Source: an uncultured Flavobacteriales bacterium
GTDB lineage: Bacteria; Bacteroidota; Bacteroidia; Flavobacteriales_D; Sanyastnellaceae
NCBI GenBank assembly: GCA_938082505.1
Contig: CALLLH010000024.1
Location: forward strand, 13,983 to 77,982
DNA length: 64,000 bases
Reading direction: 5' to 3'
The translations under genes were made by a program, and so were the position numbers. A model generated the notes under the pieces. The model saw only the letters and a program-made list of their open reading frames with translations. It ran no database searches and was not told the DNA's origin. Below are positions 54,292 to 63,822 of the stretch, one piece after another; positions within the stretch are counted from its first letter, which is position 1, and every line of letters begins with the position of its first letter.

Positions 54292-55854
54292 CTACAATCC
54301 GGAGTTGTGCTCATCCACGGCCTGTTTTTCGTTCTGCAGGCCGCAAACCTCCTCTACCCACCGGGGGTCCATGGAGAGGCGGGGTACTTTGTGTTGTCCG
54401 CCCAGTTTTCCTTTCTGTTTCAACATGTTCTTGAAGGACCCTTCTGCGGCCCATGTGATGGAGGGCATGCCGAGTACGAGATCGGCTGTCCGCTTGGCGT
54501 CATAATCAGAATTCAGTGCCCTCAGATTGCGGTCAAGGGCCGTGGCGAACAGTCCTGGATCCGGCAGGCCCACAGGGCTTTTCCCCGGCTCGACAACCCA
54601 ATGATGTCGGCCCATGCAGGGTGATTCCTCACGGCGTGCGCACGCGGTCCAATCCCGCACCTCCATTCCGAACTGACGGCAGGCCCGGGCCATGGCGAGG
54701 TCAGCATCTCCAACCATGAGTTCTTCTCCTGCCAGGTTCAGATAGGACTTGGTCCTTCCCGACACCTTGATTCTGTGTGGGGCGAGGTTGGTGAACCGGA
54801 TGAGGTCGCCCAGCAGGTATCGGTGGAGTCCGCCATTGGTGGAGATGACCAAGGCATAATCCTGGTCGAGCTCCACGTCCTCAAGCGCTACTGTGGGGTG
54901 GAAGGGGGAGGAATCCAATTCGAATTCAGGAGTGAACGGCAGGAATTCATAGTGGATGCCGTAATCGAGCATCAGCAACATGTCGTCTGCCCCCAATCGG
55001 TCCTGTATGCCGAAAAAGCCCTCACTCGCATTGTACGTTTCGATGGTGTGGATGCCGGGAGGCATGATGCGCTCGAAGGCCTCGCGATAGGGGGCGAATG
55101 CGACCCCGCCATGCATGTACAGCTGCAGGTGCGGCCATACTTCGCCCAGGTGGCGTTTCCCGGACTTTTCCAAAATGCGCTCCAGCAACACCTGGGTCCA
55201 ACTCGGAACGCCTGCGATGATGCGGACATCTTGGTTCATGGTCGTTTCGGCCATCCTTTCGACTTTCTCCTCCCAGGAAGCCATGAGGGCAATGGAGCGC
55301 GCGGGGGTGCGGCGCCATTCGCACCACCAAGGCAGATTGTTGATGATGATGGCGCTCAGATCGCCGGTCAGCACGCCATTGTCAGCCTCCTCCGTTCTTC
55401 CGGTTCCGCCGACGACGAGATGGCGACCACCGTACAGGCGGGCCTTGGGTACGGCATCCACATACATGGCCAGCAAATCCTTGCCTCCCTTGTAATGGCA
55501 CTTCTCGAGGGCCTCCTCTGTGACGGGGATGAACTTGCTGCGGTCGCTGGTGGTGCCGGATGATTTGGCATGCCAGCGCACGGAACCCGGCCACAGCACA
55601 TCGGGTTCGCCGAGCCGAACGGCATCGATCCAGGGCTTCATCCCATTGTAATCCCGGATGGGCACCATCGCCCTGTACTCCTCGGGAGTGGAATCGGGAA
55701 GGATGCCGTGTTCCCGTCCGAACCGGGTCCTGGCCAGTGCCGAGATGTGCTGCTGCAGGACTTCGGTCTGGACTTCACGGGGATACTTCTTGAAGAGCGC
55801 GATCTGATGAAGGCGCTTTCGGATGAACCAGCTGAATACGGTATTGACGGGCAT
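54292..55854 (-). CDS. GH3 (auxin-responsive promoter) family acyl-acid amido synthetase-like protein
   Basis: 520 aa with FIRKRLHQIALFKKYPREVQ, AKSSGTTSDRSKFIPVT, YNASEGFFG and GLHRYLLGDL. Confidence 0.85.
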   Translation of the reverse strand: MPVNTVFSWFIRKRLHQIALFKKYPREVQTEVLQQHISALARTRFGREHGILPDSTPEEYRAMVPIRDYNGMKPWIDAVRLGEPDVLWPGSVRWHAKSSGTTSDRSKFIPVTEEALEKCHYKGGKDLLAMYVDAVPKARLYGGRHLVVGGTGRTEEADNGVLTGDLSAIIINNLPWWCEWRRTPARSIALMASWEEKVERMAETTMNQDVRIIAGVPSWTQVLLERILEKSGKRHLGEVWPHLQLYMHGGVAFAPYREAFERIMPPGIHTIETYNASEGFFGIQDRLGADDMLLMLDYGIHYEFLPFTPEFELDSSPFHPTVALEDVELDQDYALVISTNGGLHRYLLGDLIRFTNLAPHRIKVSGRTKSYLNLAGEELMVGDADLAMARACRQFGMEVRDWTACARREESPCMGRHHWVVEPGKSPVGLPDPGLFATALDRNLRALNSDYDAKRTADLVLGMPSITWAAEGSFKNMLKQKGKLGGQHKVPRLSMDPRWVEEVCGLQNEKQAVDEHNSGL

Positions 55855-55857
55855 GGC

Positions 55858-56292
55858 TCAGTTGGGGTCGATGCGGTGCACATCATTGTTGGCCTCCTCG
55901 ATGCCATTCTTGACATGTTGGATCCGCAGGGCAATGAGGGCCCAGATTCCGTTGATGTCCGGGTCCCCGCGCATCAGCCGGGCCAGCGCGTCCTCATCGT
56001 TGTCCGCGGCCAGTGCCATATCGGCCAAGACATTTCCGCCTTCCGTGCGCAACCACTCCACGGCGTTCGGTTTGCCCTCGGCACCTTCGATCAGGGCCAT
56101 CAGGTGGGCGTGTCCACGGTGCCGGAGCCAAGCCCTCGAGGTGGGCTCGTTGTTCAGCGCATGACAGAAAACACCGAGCTCCGGATAGTCCGATCCCATG
56201 AGCCAATCCCGCAGTTCCTCATGGCCCGTGATGGCCTCTGCCCAAGCGAGCAGCACCTTGTTCGGGTAAGCGGGAAGGGGCAGCGCTTTCAT
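55858..56292 (-). CDS. hypothetical protein with internal A-x2-W-L-x3-G repeats
   Basis: 144 aa from ATG 56292 (track start 56295 is TTG). It ends 3 nt before the GH3 start. Repeats: LRDWLMGSDYPELG, SRAWLRHRGHAHLM, AVEWLRTEGGNVLA. Confidence 0.6.
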   Translation of the reverse strand: MKALPLPAYPNKVLLAWAEAITGHEELRDWLMGSDYPELGVFCHALNNEPTSRAWLRHRGHAHLMALIEGAEGKPNAVEWLRTEGGNVLADMALAADNDEDALARLMRGDPDINGIWALIALRIQHVKNGIEEANNDVHRIDPN

Positions 56293-56398
56293 CAAGGGGG
56301 AAAGATGATGCGATTTCTGCAGTTTGGAAACATCCTGTGCGGTTTGTGGGGTTCCTTTGCACCCCTGTCCGACATGGAATGTTCAGGGCCTCCCCTGA

Positions 56399-57610
56399 AT
56401 GGACCTCACACCGAACTCTCCGCAAGCTTCAACGATGGAAAAAGCGGAGCCCGTGCGGGTCTATGACCGTGCTTTTTTTCTACTCTGCAGTGGCACTGTT
56501 CTCTTCATGGCGAGTTTCGGCATGTTGCTCCCCGAGTTGCCCGCCCATTTGGCGTCGATGGGAGGGGAGGCCTACCTCGGCGGTGTGGTGGGGATGTTCA
56601 CGTTGGCCGCTTTCCTGTCCCGATTCCTGAGCGGCCGGATTGCAGACCAGGCCGGGCGGCGCAAGGTGATGCTGATCGGTTCCGCCGTGACGGCCGTGGC
56701 CGGCTTCGGATACCTGGTTGCAACAAGCATCGTGACGTTCCTCGCCTTGCGCTTTTTCCATGGGCTGTCCACCGGTTTCAGGCCAACCGGGACCAGTGCC
56801 ATGTTGACGGACCGCATTCCGAAGAACAGGAGGGGCGAGGCCCTGGGGTATCTCGGTGTGGCAGGCAATGCGGGAATGGCCACCGGCCCCGCCCTTGGCA
56901 GTTGGCTGACCGTTGAGTGGGGCATAGAATGGATGTTCGTCGCTTCCGCCCTGCTGGGCATGGCAAGTGTCTTGTTTACCTGGCCCCTCGAGGAGACGTT
57001 GCCCGACGCCCGACCCATTCAGCGAAAGGACCTGAACCCGCTCAAGGGCCCCCTCATCGATCCCCAAGCCTGGCCCGCTGCAGTGGTGCTGTTGCCCATT
57101 GCCATCGCTTTTGGTGTTTACCTCACCATCACACCGGATTTTGTGGACCACCTGGGCTACCGCTACAAGGGGTCTTTCAATTCCATCATCGTGGTCAGCT
57201 CCATCGCCATGCGTTTCATTGCGGGCAAGATGAGCGATCGGTACGGCCGGATTCCCGTCATGTTGACCGGAATTTTGCTCCTCGCATTGGGCATGGGGCT
57301 CCTGGGCAGTGCGGAGGACAAGGCCATGGCCACCATCGCCGCGCTCGTCTATGGCGCGAGCATTGGCATCAACATGCCGACGGTCTTTGCCTGGACTGCG
57401 GACCTCGCCCAAGAGGGGCGGATCGCCCTGGCCCTCGGAACGATGTTGATGTCGCTTGAAATCGGAATCGGAGCAGGCGCAGTCTTGTCCGGGATGTATT
57501 TCCAAGGAGACGTGACCCACATTAAGGAATTGTACTACATGGCCTCCGTCGCAGCGGCATTGACTGGAATCGCACTGATTCCGCCCTTCCTGCGCGGGCG
57601 CAAATCGTGA
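56399..57610 (+). CDS. MFS transporter
   Basis: 403 aa, about 12 TM, with the motif GRIADQAGRRKVMLIG between TM2 and TM3. Alternative ATG at 56435. Confidence 0.85.
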   Translation: MDLTPNSPQASTMEKAEPVRVYDRAFFLLCSGTVLFMASFGMLLPELPAHLASMGGEAYLGGVVGMFTLAAFLSRFLSGRIADQAGRRKVMLIGSAVTAVAGFGYLVATSIVTFLALRFFHGLSTGFRPTGTSAMLTDRIPKNRRGEALGYLGVAGNAGMATGPALGSWLTVEWGIEWMFVASALLGMASVLFTWPLEETLPDARPIQRKDLNPLKGPLIDPQAWPAAVVLLPIAIAFGVYLTITPDFVDHLGYRYKGSFNSIIVVSSIAMRFIAGKMSDRYGRIPVMLTGILLLALGMGLLGSAEDKAMATIAALVYGASIGINMPTVFAWTADLAQEGRIALALGTMLMSLEIGIGAGAVLSGMYFQGDVTHIKELYYMASVAAALTGIALIPPFLRGRKS

Positions 57611-57693
57611 AGTGCGATTCATCAAAAATGCCCCCTTGATAAACTCCGGCTTCCTGATCGTCCTGCGGCAGGACAGCCGCGTAGCTTCAGCAC

Positions 57694-58005
57694 ATGAGCT
57701 CGAAAGAAATGCCTACGCAAGAGGCCATCGAAGTCAGTTCCGTTGGGGGAACGGTCACATCGACAAGTCAAAGTGGAACATTCAACCCACTGGATGTCGA
57801 GGGGCCAACGATGGGGGAATTACAAGCGGAGCGCCGCGAGTTGGCGCGCGATTTCGTCACCTTGAAGCACACGATTTCACAATTGCGTGCTGAGCGGGAC
57901 CGTTTGTCCGTTGAAAACCGGGACCTGCAGATGCGCCTCGCGGCGATCGAGACCGATTACGCGAACCTCTTCTCCTACGTGGAGGGGCGGAAGGCGGAAG
58001 CCTAA
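57694..58005 (+). CDS. hypothetical coiled-coil protein
   Basis: 103 aa with heptad-like ELQAERRELARDFVTLKHTISQLRAERDRLSVENRDLQMRLAAIE. Confidence 0.5.
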   Translation: MSSKEMPTQEAIEVSSVGGTVTSTSQSGTFNPLDVEGPTMGELQAERRELARDFVTLKHTISQLRAERDRLSVENRDLQMRLAAIETDYANLFSYVEGRKAEA

Positions 58006-58886
58006 GCCACGACGGCGGAGGCCGTGGGCAAGCTGCGGTCCACTTTTTTGAAGAGTCCCTGAAGGACTTTGCCAGGGCCGACTTCCACGACTTCCTTGAC
58101 ACCTTCGGAGACGAACCATTCCATGGTCTGTGTCCACCTGACCGGTGAGGTCAACTGGGCGATGAGATTTTGGCGAATGACCTCCGGATCGGTTTCTGGC
58201 GTGGCGTTCACATTCTGAACGATCGGGCAGCGCGGCGACAGGATGGTGGCAGCTTCCAATGCCGAGGCGAGTCGCTCCCGGGCGGGTTCCATCAGGGGGG
58301 AATGGAAGGCCCCACCAACGGGCAGGACCAGGGCGCGTCGCGCGCCGGCTTCCGTCAAAGCCGCACAAGCCGCTTCGATCGCAGAGGTCTCGCCGGAAAT
58401 CACGAGCTGTCCGGGACAATTGTAGTTGGCGGCGACGACAATGCCTTCCGTCTGGGCACACACGTCCTCCACCACCTTGTCATCGAGCCCGAGGATCGCG
58501 GCCATGGTGGATGGGGTTTGCTCACAGGCGGCCTGCATGGCCAAGGCCCGTTCACTGACCAACTGCAATCCCTCTTCGAAACTGAGTCCTCCTGCGGCAA
58601 CGAGTGCGCTGAACTCGCCGAGGCTGTGACCGGCGACGAAGGCCGGGTCGAAGGCGGCACCCATGCCTTCCGCAAGAATGACGGAATGGAGGAAGATGGC
58701 CGGTTGGGTCACCTTGGTCTGCCGAAGGTCCTCTTCGGATCCGGAGAACATCACCTCGGCGATGTCGAAACCGAGGATTTCCCGCGCCTGCACATAGCGG
58801 TCTCGTGCAAAGGCGTGGGCCTCGTACATGTCCTGCCCCATTCCGGGGAACTGGGCCCCTTGTCCGGGGAAAACCATGATTTTCAT
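58002..58886 (-). CDS. fabD: malonyl CoA-acyl carrier protein transacylase
   Basis: FPGQGAQFPGMG, GHSLGEFSAL (active-site Ser) and GGAFHSPLM. Confidence 0.95.
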   Translation of the reverse strand: MKIMVFPGQGAQFPGMGQDMYEAHAFARDRYVQAREILGFDIAEVMFSGSEEDLRQTKVTQPAIFLHSVILAEGMGAAFDPAFVAGHSLGEFSALVAAGGLSFEEGLQLVSERALAMQAACEQTPSTMAAILGLDDKVVEDVCAQTEGIVVAANYNCPGQLVISGETSAIEAACAALTEAGARRALVLPVGGAFHSPLMEPARERLASALEAATILSPRCPIVQNVNATPETDPEVIRQNLIAQLTSPVRWTQTMEWFVSEGVKEVVEVGPGKVLQGLFKKVDRSLPTASAVVA

Positions 58887-58998
58887 GGGTTCGAAATTAC
58901 ACTTTCCGGCCGACCTGAATGCGTGGATGGAACGTGGATGAAGCTGGGCGAGGGCCTTTCCGGGGCAAGGGTTACATGGGGTCCAGCCTGTTATTCGT

Positions 58999-60027
58999 TC
59001 AGAGCTTGTAGGAGAGGCCGATGGACAGGACTTCCTTGAATTGGGTGCCCGGCCCCATGACCGCAGGGATGGTGGTCGTCACGCCGTCCACCACTTCCGT
59101 GCGTACCGGCTCCTTTTCCAAAATCACGTCATCGTCGTAGATGAAGTGGGTGCTGATGGTCGTCCTCAGGAATTCATTCACTTTGAGTTCGAGGAGGCCG
59201 GTCCAGTTGACGTCGATGTTGCCCGGTTGGACGAGGTAGTTGGAGAACAGGTCCAGCTGGTGCGTCCAGATGACATGCTCCATCAGTTCGAACGTGATGT
59301 TCCACCGCAGATAGCCACCCAGCTCTAAGCGGTTGTGCTGGCCTGCAGGGACACCGAATGCCCCAGCCTGCGAAAGGGTGTCGTCCATGAGCACGGTAAG
59401 CTTCCCGGTGAACGGGGCAAGGAAGAGCTTGCCTCGTTTTCCGGACTTCGGAGCCAATCCTGCAGCCGTGACGAGGTAACCCGGGGACAGGAAGTCCGAG
59501 ATGCGCTGCTCTTTGTCCGGGAGGCCATTGACCAAGGTGTAACCCGGTAGAAACTGGGTCCTGGCATCCATCAGGATGGACAGCCGCGCATCCCGAAGCG
59601 TGCGCTGCATGGCCGTATTCCATTGTCCGGTCAGGATGAGCCGGTCGTCCGTCTTGCGCCATCCCCCTTGTTGCCTCAGCAGACCGATGGCGGCATCCAA
59701 GCCCCATCCCCTGCTTCTCGGTCCCCGCTCACGGGATTCGGACAAGTTGCACATCCCGGTGAAGGCCACGGAACTCTCGCCACCACCGGCCCAATTCTCC
59801 AGGGCAGTCTGGCTCAGGTTCAGTCCGAGGATTCCCTTGAACACGTCGAGCGTATCCAGCGGGTTATCATCCTCCACCATGACCGCTTTCTCCACAGTGG
59901 GGACCGGCAACTGCCCATGAACCTGTGCCACATGGACCCGGCAGGTCAAAAGCAGCAGCAAGGTGGCTCCACGCCACAGGGGAGCAGCGACATTGGAAAG
60001 CAGGCGGGTGGTGGTGCTTTTGCTCAC
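58999..60027 (-). CDS. DUF3078-like outer-membrane beta-barrel protein
   Basis: LNLSQTALENWAGGGESSVAF and an alternating beta-strand pattern ending ...LSIGLSYKL. GTG start. Confidence 0.65.
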   Translation of the reverse strand: MSKSTTTRLLSNVAAPLWRGATLLLLLTCRVHVAQVHGQLPVPTVEKAVMVEDDNPLDTLDVFKGILGLNLSQTALENWAGGGESSVAFTGMCNLSESRERGPRSRGWGLDAAIGLLRQQGGWRKTDDRLILTGQWNTAMQRTLRDARLSILMDARTQFLPGYTLVNGLPDKEQRISDFLSPGYLVTAAGLAPKSGKRGKLFLAPFTGKLTVLMDDTLSQAGAFGVPAGQHNRLELGGYLRWNITFELMEHVIWTHQLDLFSNYLVQPGNIDVNWTGLLELKVNEFLRTTISTHFIYDDDVILEKEPVRTEVVDGVTTTIPAVMGPGTQFKEVLSIGLSYKL

Positions 60028-60076
60028 GGTGGTAATTTTCAGGATTAAATGCCTAAATTATTGTAGTCCATACAGC

Positions 60077-60661
60077 ATGCGACGCCTTTTAGCCATTTCC
60101 CTGCTCCTTGTCATGGGAGCACCCAATTCGGTTTGGGCGCAGAATGCAGATGCTGCAGGCGTGGGTGTCGAGTTGTGTGACTGTCTTCCGGCGGATGCCT
60201 ACCTGCTGCTGAAGAAATACCATTTCGCCAACGGTGTGAGCACCGTGCAATACTCTGCCAACATCGAGGTCATGTTGGCTTTCCTGGGTGCCTACGGAAC
60301 GATTGGTGCCCATCCCATGAACCTCAACTGGCCCGAGGATCTGATCGTAGGGTCTGCGGACCTTACCTATGTCCTGACCGGATTCAATCATTATCCCGAC
60401 TTCGATGAGACCCTCTGCAATTGGGAAGTGGTCAATGTGGCCAGCCATGGGTGGATCCTGGAAGAGATCGGGGCCATGGAATATTCAGAGGCTTACATAC
60501 ACGAGTCCACCTATGATGAATTCGAGCTGGGCAATGAGAGCTACGGGCAATGCCTGCTGAACAGTTTCGACCTCGAAATGGTCTACTTGCCCGATTCGGT
60601 GGTCAGGCTCAGCTTCGTGCGGAAATACCTCGGGAACCCTTCCGTGGACGGCTCCGATTGA
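60077..60661 (+). CDS. hypothetical secreted protein
   Basis: 194 aa from ATG 60077 with signal peptide MRRLLAISLLLVMGAPNSVWAQ. No family recognised. GC looks lower than in neighbouring genes. Confidence 0.55.
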   Translation: MRRLLAISLLLVMGAPNSVWAQNADAAGVGVELCDCLPADAYLLLKKYHFANGVSTVQYSANIEVMLAFLGAYGTIGAHPMNLNWPEDLIVGSADLTYVLTGFNHYPDFDETLCNWEVVNVASHGWILEEIGAMEYSEAYIHESTYDEFELGNESYGQCLLNSFDLEMVYLPDSVVRLSFVRKYLGNPSVDGSD

Positions 60662-60752
60662 AGTTTCCTCAGGGGAAATTTCATGAGCAAATACCACGAA
60701 AGGGGGAGGGGGTGTTTCGAGATTGCGGGAGAGGTTTGCGGCGCTATTTAGA

Positions 60753-63188
60753 ATGCGTCCAGATAAGTTTTTTCTCGCCCTTTCGTTGTTGGTCGCCCTC
60801 ACCGCACAGGTTGCGGCACAGGATCTGACCCAGGTCAGGATTGTGGACGCCGATGGCAGGGCCATTCCCGGCGCTGCCTTGGTGACGGGCCTCGGCACGG
60901 GCTTCGTAACGGACAGCGAAGGGGTCATCACCCTGCCCGATTCGCTCCTTTTGGGATCGGGCACGACCTGGCAGTTGCGTTGTCTCGGCTTCGCGGACAG
61001 GGTCCTCATCAACCGGGAGTTGATGGACGGCGCTGCATTGCGGATGGAGGAGGCGGTCTTGGATTTGCCACAGGCCCTGGTAGAGGCCGTGTCCCTGACG
61101 GGAGGGCAGCCCTTGGGTGTACCCGGCTCGGTGACCGTGTTGTCGGCCAAGACGCTCAGGCGCCAAGGGGATGTCGACGTCCATCGGGCCCTCCGTTCGG
61201 TCCCCGGCGTCTACATCCAGGAAGAGGATGGTTTCGGGTTGAGGCCCAACATCGGCTTGAGGGGCAGTGGATCCGAGCGGAGCAGCCGGATTTCCATCCT
61301 CGAGGACGGGGTGCCGATCGCACCGGCGCCCTACACGGCACCGAGCGCGTATTTCTTCCCGTCGGTCGGGCGCATGAACGGCATCGAAGTCATGAAGGGG
61401 GCCAGCCAGATTGCACACGGCCCCAACACGGTGGGAGGGGCGATCAATTTCATCAGCACACCGATTCCATCCAGGCTTTCTGGCAGGGTGGACGGGCGCT
61501 TGGGGCACTTTCAGACAGGCCGGTTGCACATGCATGTCGGCGACGGTGCAGGCCGCATCGGATGGATGGTGGAAGCTTTGCAGACGGGAAGCCGTGGCTT
61601 CAAGGTTCTGGATGGGGGAGGCCCCACTGGATTTGCCAAGCTGGACCTGCTTGGAAAAGTGCGTTGGAGATCCAGGGAGGATGCTGTTCCCCAGCGCGTC
61701 GAGCTGAAGCTGGGTGTGGTGAACGAAGCGGGCCATGAGACTTACGCAGGCTTGACTGCGCAGGATTTCGACGCCGACCCTTTCAGGCGGTATGCGGGAA
61801 GTGAACGGGATCGGATGGATGCGGATCAGCAGCAAGCGGTGCTGACCCACACGTTGGATTTCGGCGGCGGATGGCATTGGATGAACCGGGCCTACGCCAC
61901 CCGGTTCCATCGCAATTGGTACAAATCGGACCGGGCTGCGGGCATTTCTGGTGAGTGGATGAAACTCGGTGATTTCCTGGATGAAGCGGAGGCGTCCCCG
62001 GCTGCGCAGGAGGCGCTGACGGTGTTCCGTGACGGGGCATTGGGGCAGGTGAGGCTGAAGGCCAACAACCGGACCTACCATGCCCGTGGGGCGGAGACCC
62101 GTCTGGTTTGGGATGGTTCAAGTCCGGGTTGGCAGCGTCTGGAGGCATCCGTTCGTCACCATGCGGATGGAATGGACCGCTTCCAATGGACGGATGAATG
62201 GAACATGGTCTCCGGTCAGCTGGTATCCCCGTTGCGTGGGACCCCCGGTTCTGAGTCGAACCGCATCGAATGGAGCCGGGCCTGGTCCGGTTATGTCCGC
62301 GGCCGATGGATGCGCATGGGTTGGGTCCTCATCCCCGGTGCGCGGGTAGAGCATATCCGGGCCGGGCGCGACGATTTCGGCACCGAGGACACCGAGCGCA
62401 CCGGCTCCGATCTGGCGGTCCGGCGGAATTCCACGATGGCATGGCTGCCCGGCCTGGGTTTCCAGCGTAACCTCGATGCCGAATGGAGCTTGTTCGGAGG
62501 CATCCACCGGGGATTCCTGCCGCCCGGAAGTGCTGATGATGTTGCACCGGAATGGGCTTGGAGCAACGAATTGGGCATGCGATGGGGCCGCCCGAAAATG
62601 GATGCGACCATGACGGGTTTCGGTCACTTCGGCCGCAATCTGCAGGGTTCTGATTTCGCTTCGAGCGGAGGCGCGGGCGAGGGAGAAGTCTACAATGCGG
62701 GGGGCACACGGGTATTCGGGCTGGAGACCGCCTTCAATGTGACCAATGGCGTCCTGCCCGATGAAGGGCACCGGTGGGAGCTTGGCTTGACCTACACCTG
62801 GACCGACGCCCGGTTCACCACGGATTTCGAAAGTGAATTCGACGCGTGGGGGGCGGTGCGTCAGGGGTATTTCCTGCCCTACCTGACCCGCCACCAGGGA
62901 TCGCTGCGAGGGGCTTGGGCTCGAGGGGGCTGGTCCATCGATGCTTCCGTGAGGGCCGTGGAGGGCATGCGCGTAGAGGCAGGTGACCTACCGTTGGATG
63001 CGGTCTTTACGGTGGGAGAAAGCACCGTGGTGGACGCGGCCGTGCGCTATCGGTTGGGCAACGGCTTTGCACTGGAATTGACCGGGCGGAATCTGGCCGA
63101 CGCCAGGTATGTGGCCTCGGCGCGACCGGCCGGTTTGCGACCGGGCATGCCCCGGACGGTGGCCGCCGGGTTCAACCTCAGTTTCTGA
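60753..63188 (+). CDS. TonB-dependent receptor (siderophore/metal-type) with CarboxypepD_reg-like N-domain
   Basis: Signal peptide MRPDKFFLALSLLVALTAQVAAQ and plug blocks VTVLSAKTLRRQGDVDVHRALRSVPGVYIQEE..GLRPNIGLRG. C-terminal ...AAGFNLSF ends in an aromatic residue. Confidence 0.9.
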   Translation: MRPDKFFLALSLLVALTAQVAAQDLTQVRIVDADGRAIPGAALVTGLGTGFVTDSEGVITLPDSLLLGSGTTWQLRCLGFADRVLINRELMDGAALRMEEAVLDLPQALVEAVSLTGGQPLGVPGSVTVLSAKTLRRQGDVDVHRALRSVPGVYIQEEDGFGLRPNIGLRGSGSERSSRISILEDGVPIAPAPYTAPSAYFFPSVGRMNGIEVMKGASQIAHGPNTVGGAINFISTPIPSRLSGRVDGRLGHFQTGRLHMHVGDGAGRIGWMVEALQTGSRGFKVLDGGGPTGFAKLDLLGKVRWRSREDAVPQRVELKLGVVNEAGHETYAGLTAQDFDADPFRRYAGSERDRMDADQQQAVLTHTLDFGGGWHWMNRAYATRFHRNWYKSDRAAGISGEWMKLGDFLDEAEASPAAQEALTVFRDGALGQVRLKANNRTYHARGAETRLVWDGSSPGWQRLEASVRHHADGMDRFQWTDEWNMVSGQLVSPLRGTPGSESNRIEWSRAWSGYVRGRWMRMGWVLIPGARVEHIRAGRDDFGTEDTERTGSDLAVRRNSTMAWLPGLGFQRNLDAEWSLFGGIHRGFLPPGSADDVAPEWAWSNELGMRWGRPKMDATMTGFGHFGRNLQGSDFASSGGAGEGEVYNAGGTRVFGLETAFNVTNGVLPDEGHRWELGLTYTWTDARFTTDFESEFDAWGAVRQGYFLPYLTRHQGSLRGAWARGGWSIDASVRAVEGMRVEAGDLPLDAVFTVGESTVVDAAVRYRLGNGFALELTGRNLADARYVASARPAGLRPGMPRTVAAGFNLSF

Positions 63189-63774
63189 CTTCTTCGGGTC
63201 CGTTGAACCGGATCCAGTCTATTTCCAGACCGAAGGGACCGGCCTTCCCGTCGTATTTCATGAGCCCGATGCGGATGATGTCCGAGAGGTCTCCCCAGGT
63301 CCAGAGCTTGGGAAGTTCGCCGGTCATGGCGCTGCTTTTCTTCAGTTCAGCAAAAGGCAAGTTGATTTCCTGCCATTCTCCCCCTGCGGCGAAGTTCGCT
63401 TTCCAATAGGGCATCCACCATTGTCTGGAGGTTTCCATCGTGAGGGTGAATTCGTCCGGCTCCCCGGTGGTGGTCCTGCACCGCAAGGTCACGGACCCAA
63501 AGGGGGAAAGGTCGGTGTTGCCCCAGGGAGAGCGCACGGAACTGAAGCCACCATTGTTCTCCAGCGAGACCCGTCCCTCCCAGGTCAGGCTGGAACGGCC
63601 GTAGTCCACGGAACAGCGGGAGCGGCCGCCCATGACATCGTCGTTGAGGTGCCGCCAGTTCGTGGTGTTGCCCTTGCCGAAGTCAAGCAGATAGGGCGAG
63701 GGGTCGGTGGGCATTGAGCAAGACGTGGCGAAGAGGAGCAGTCCCAGAAGGGTGTGGAAAGTAAACGGCAGCAT
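63178..63774 (-). CDS. CIA30-family (complex I intermediate-associated protein 30-like) lipoprotein
   Basis: WRHLNDDVMGGRSRCSV...LENNGGFSSVRS. Lipobox LLFATSC. ATG 63774 (track start 63780 is TTG). Confidence 0.75.
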   Translation of the reverse strand: MLPFTFHTLLGLLLFATSCSMPTDPSPYLLDFGKGNTTNWRHLNDDVMGGRSRCSVDYGRSSLTWEGRVSLENNGGFSSVRSPWGNTDLSPFGSVTLRCRTTTGEPDEFTLTMETSRQWWMPYWKANFAAGGEWQEINLPFAELKKSSAMTGELPKLWTWGDLSDIIRIGLMKYDGKAGPFGLEIDWIRFNGPEEVRN

Positions 63775-63822
63775 GCTCAAGGAACCGCTGACATGGACCG
63801 GAGGTTCAATGGCCGCTGGCCG

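Noticed and set aside
56480-62081. Minus-strand ORFs 56480..57625 (381 aa) and 60744..62081 (445 aa)
   Set aside because: They are antisense to the MFS transporter and the second TonB receptor respectively, so they are shadow ORFs.
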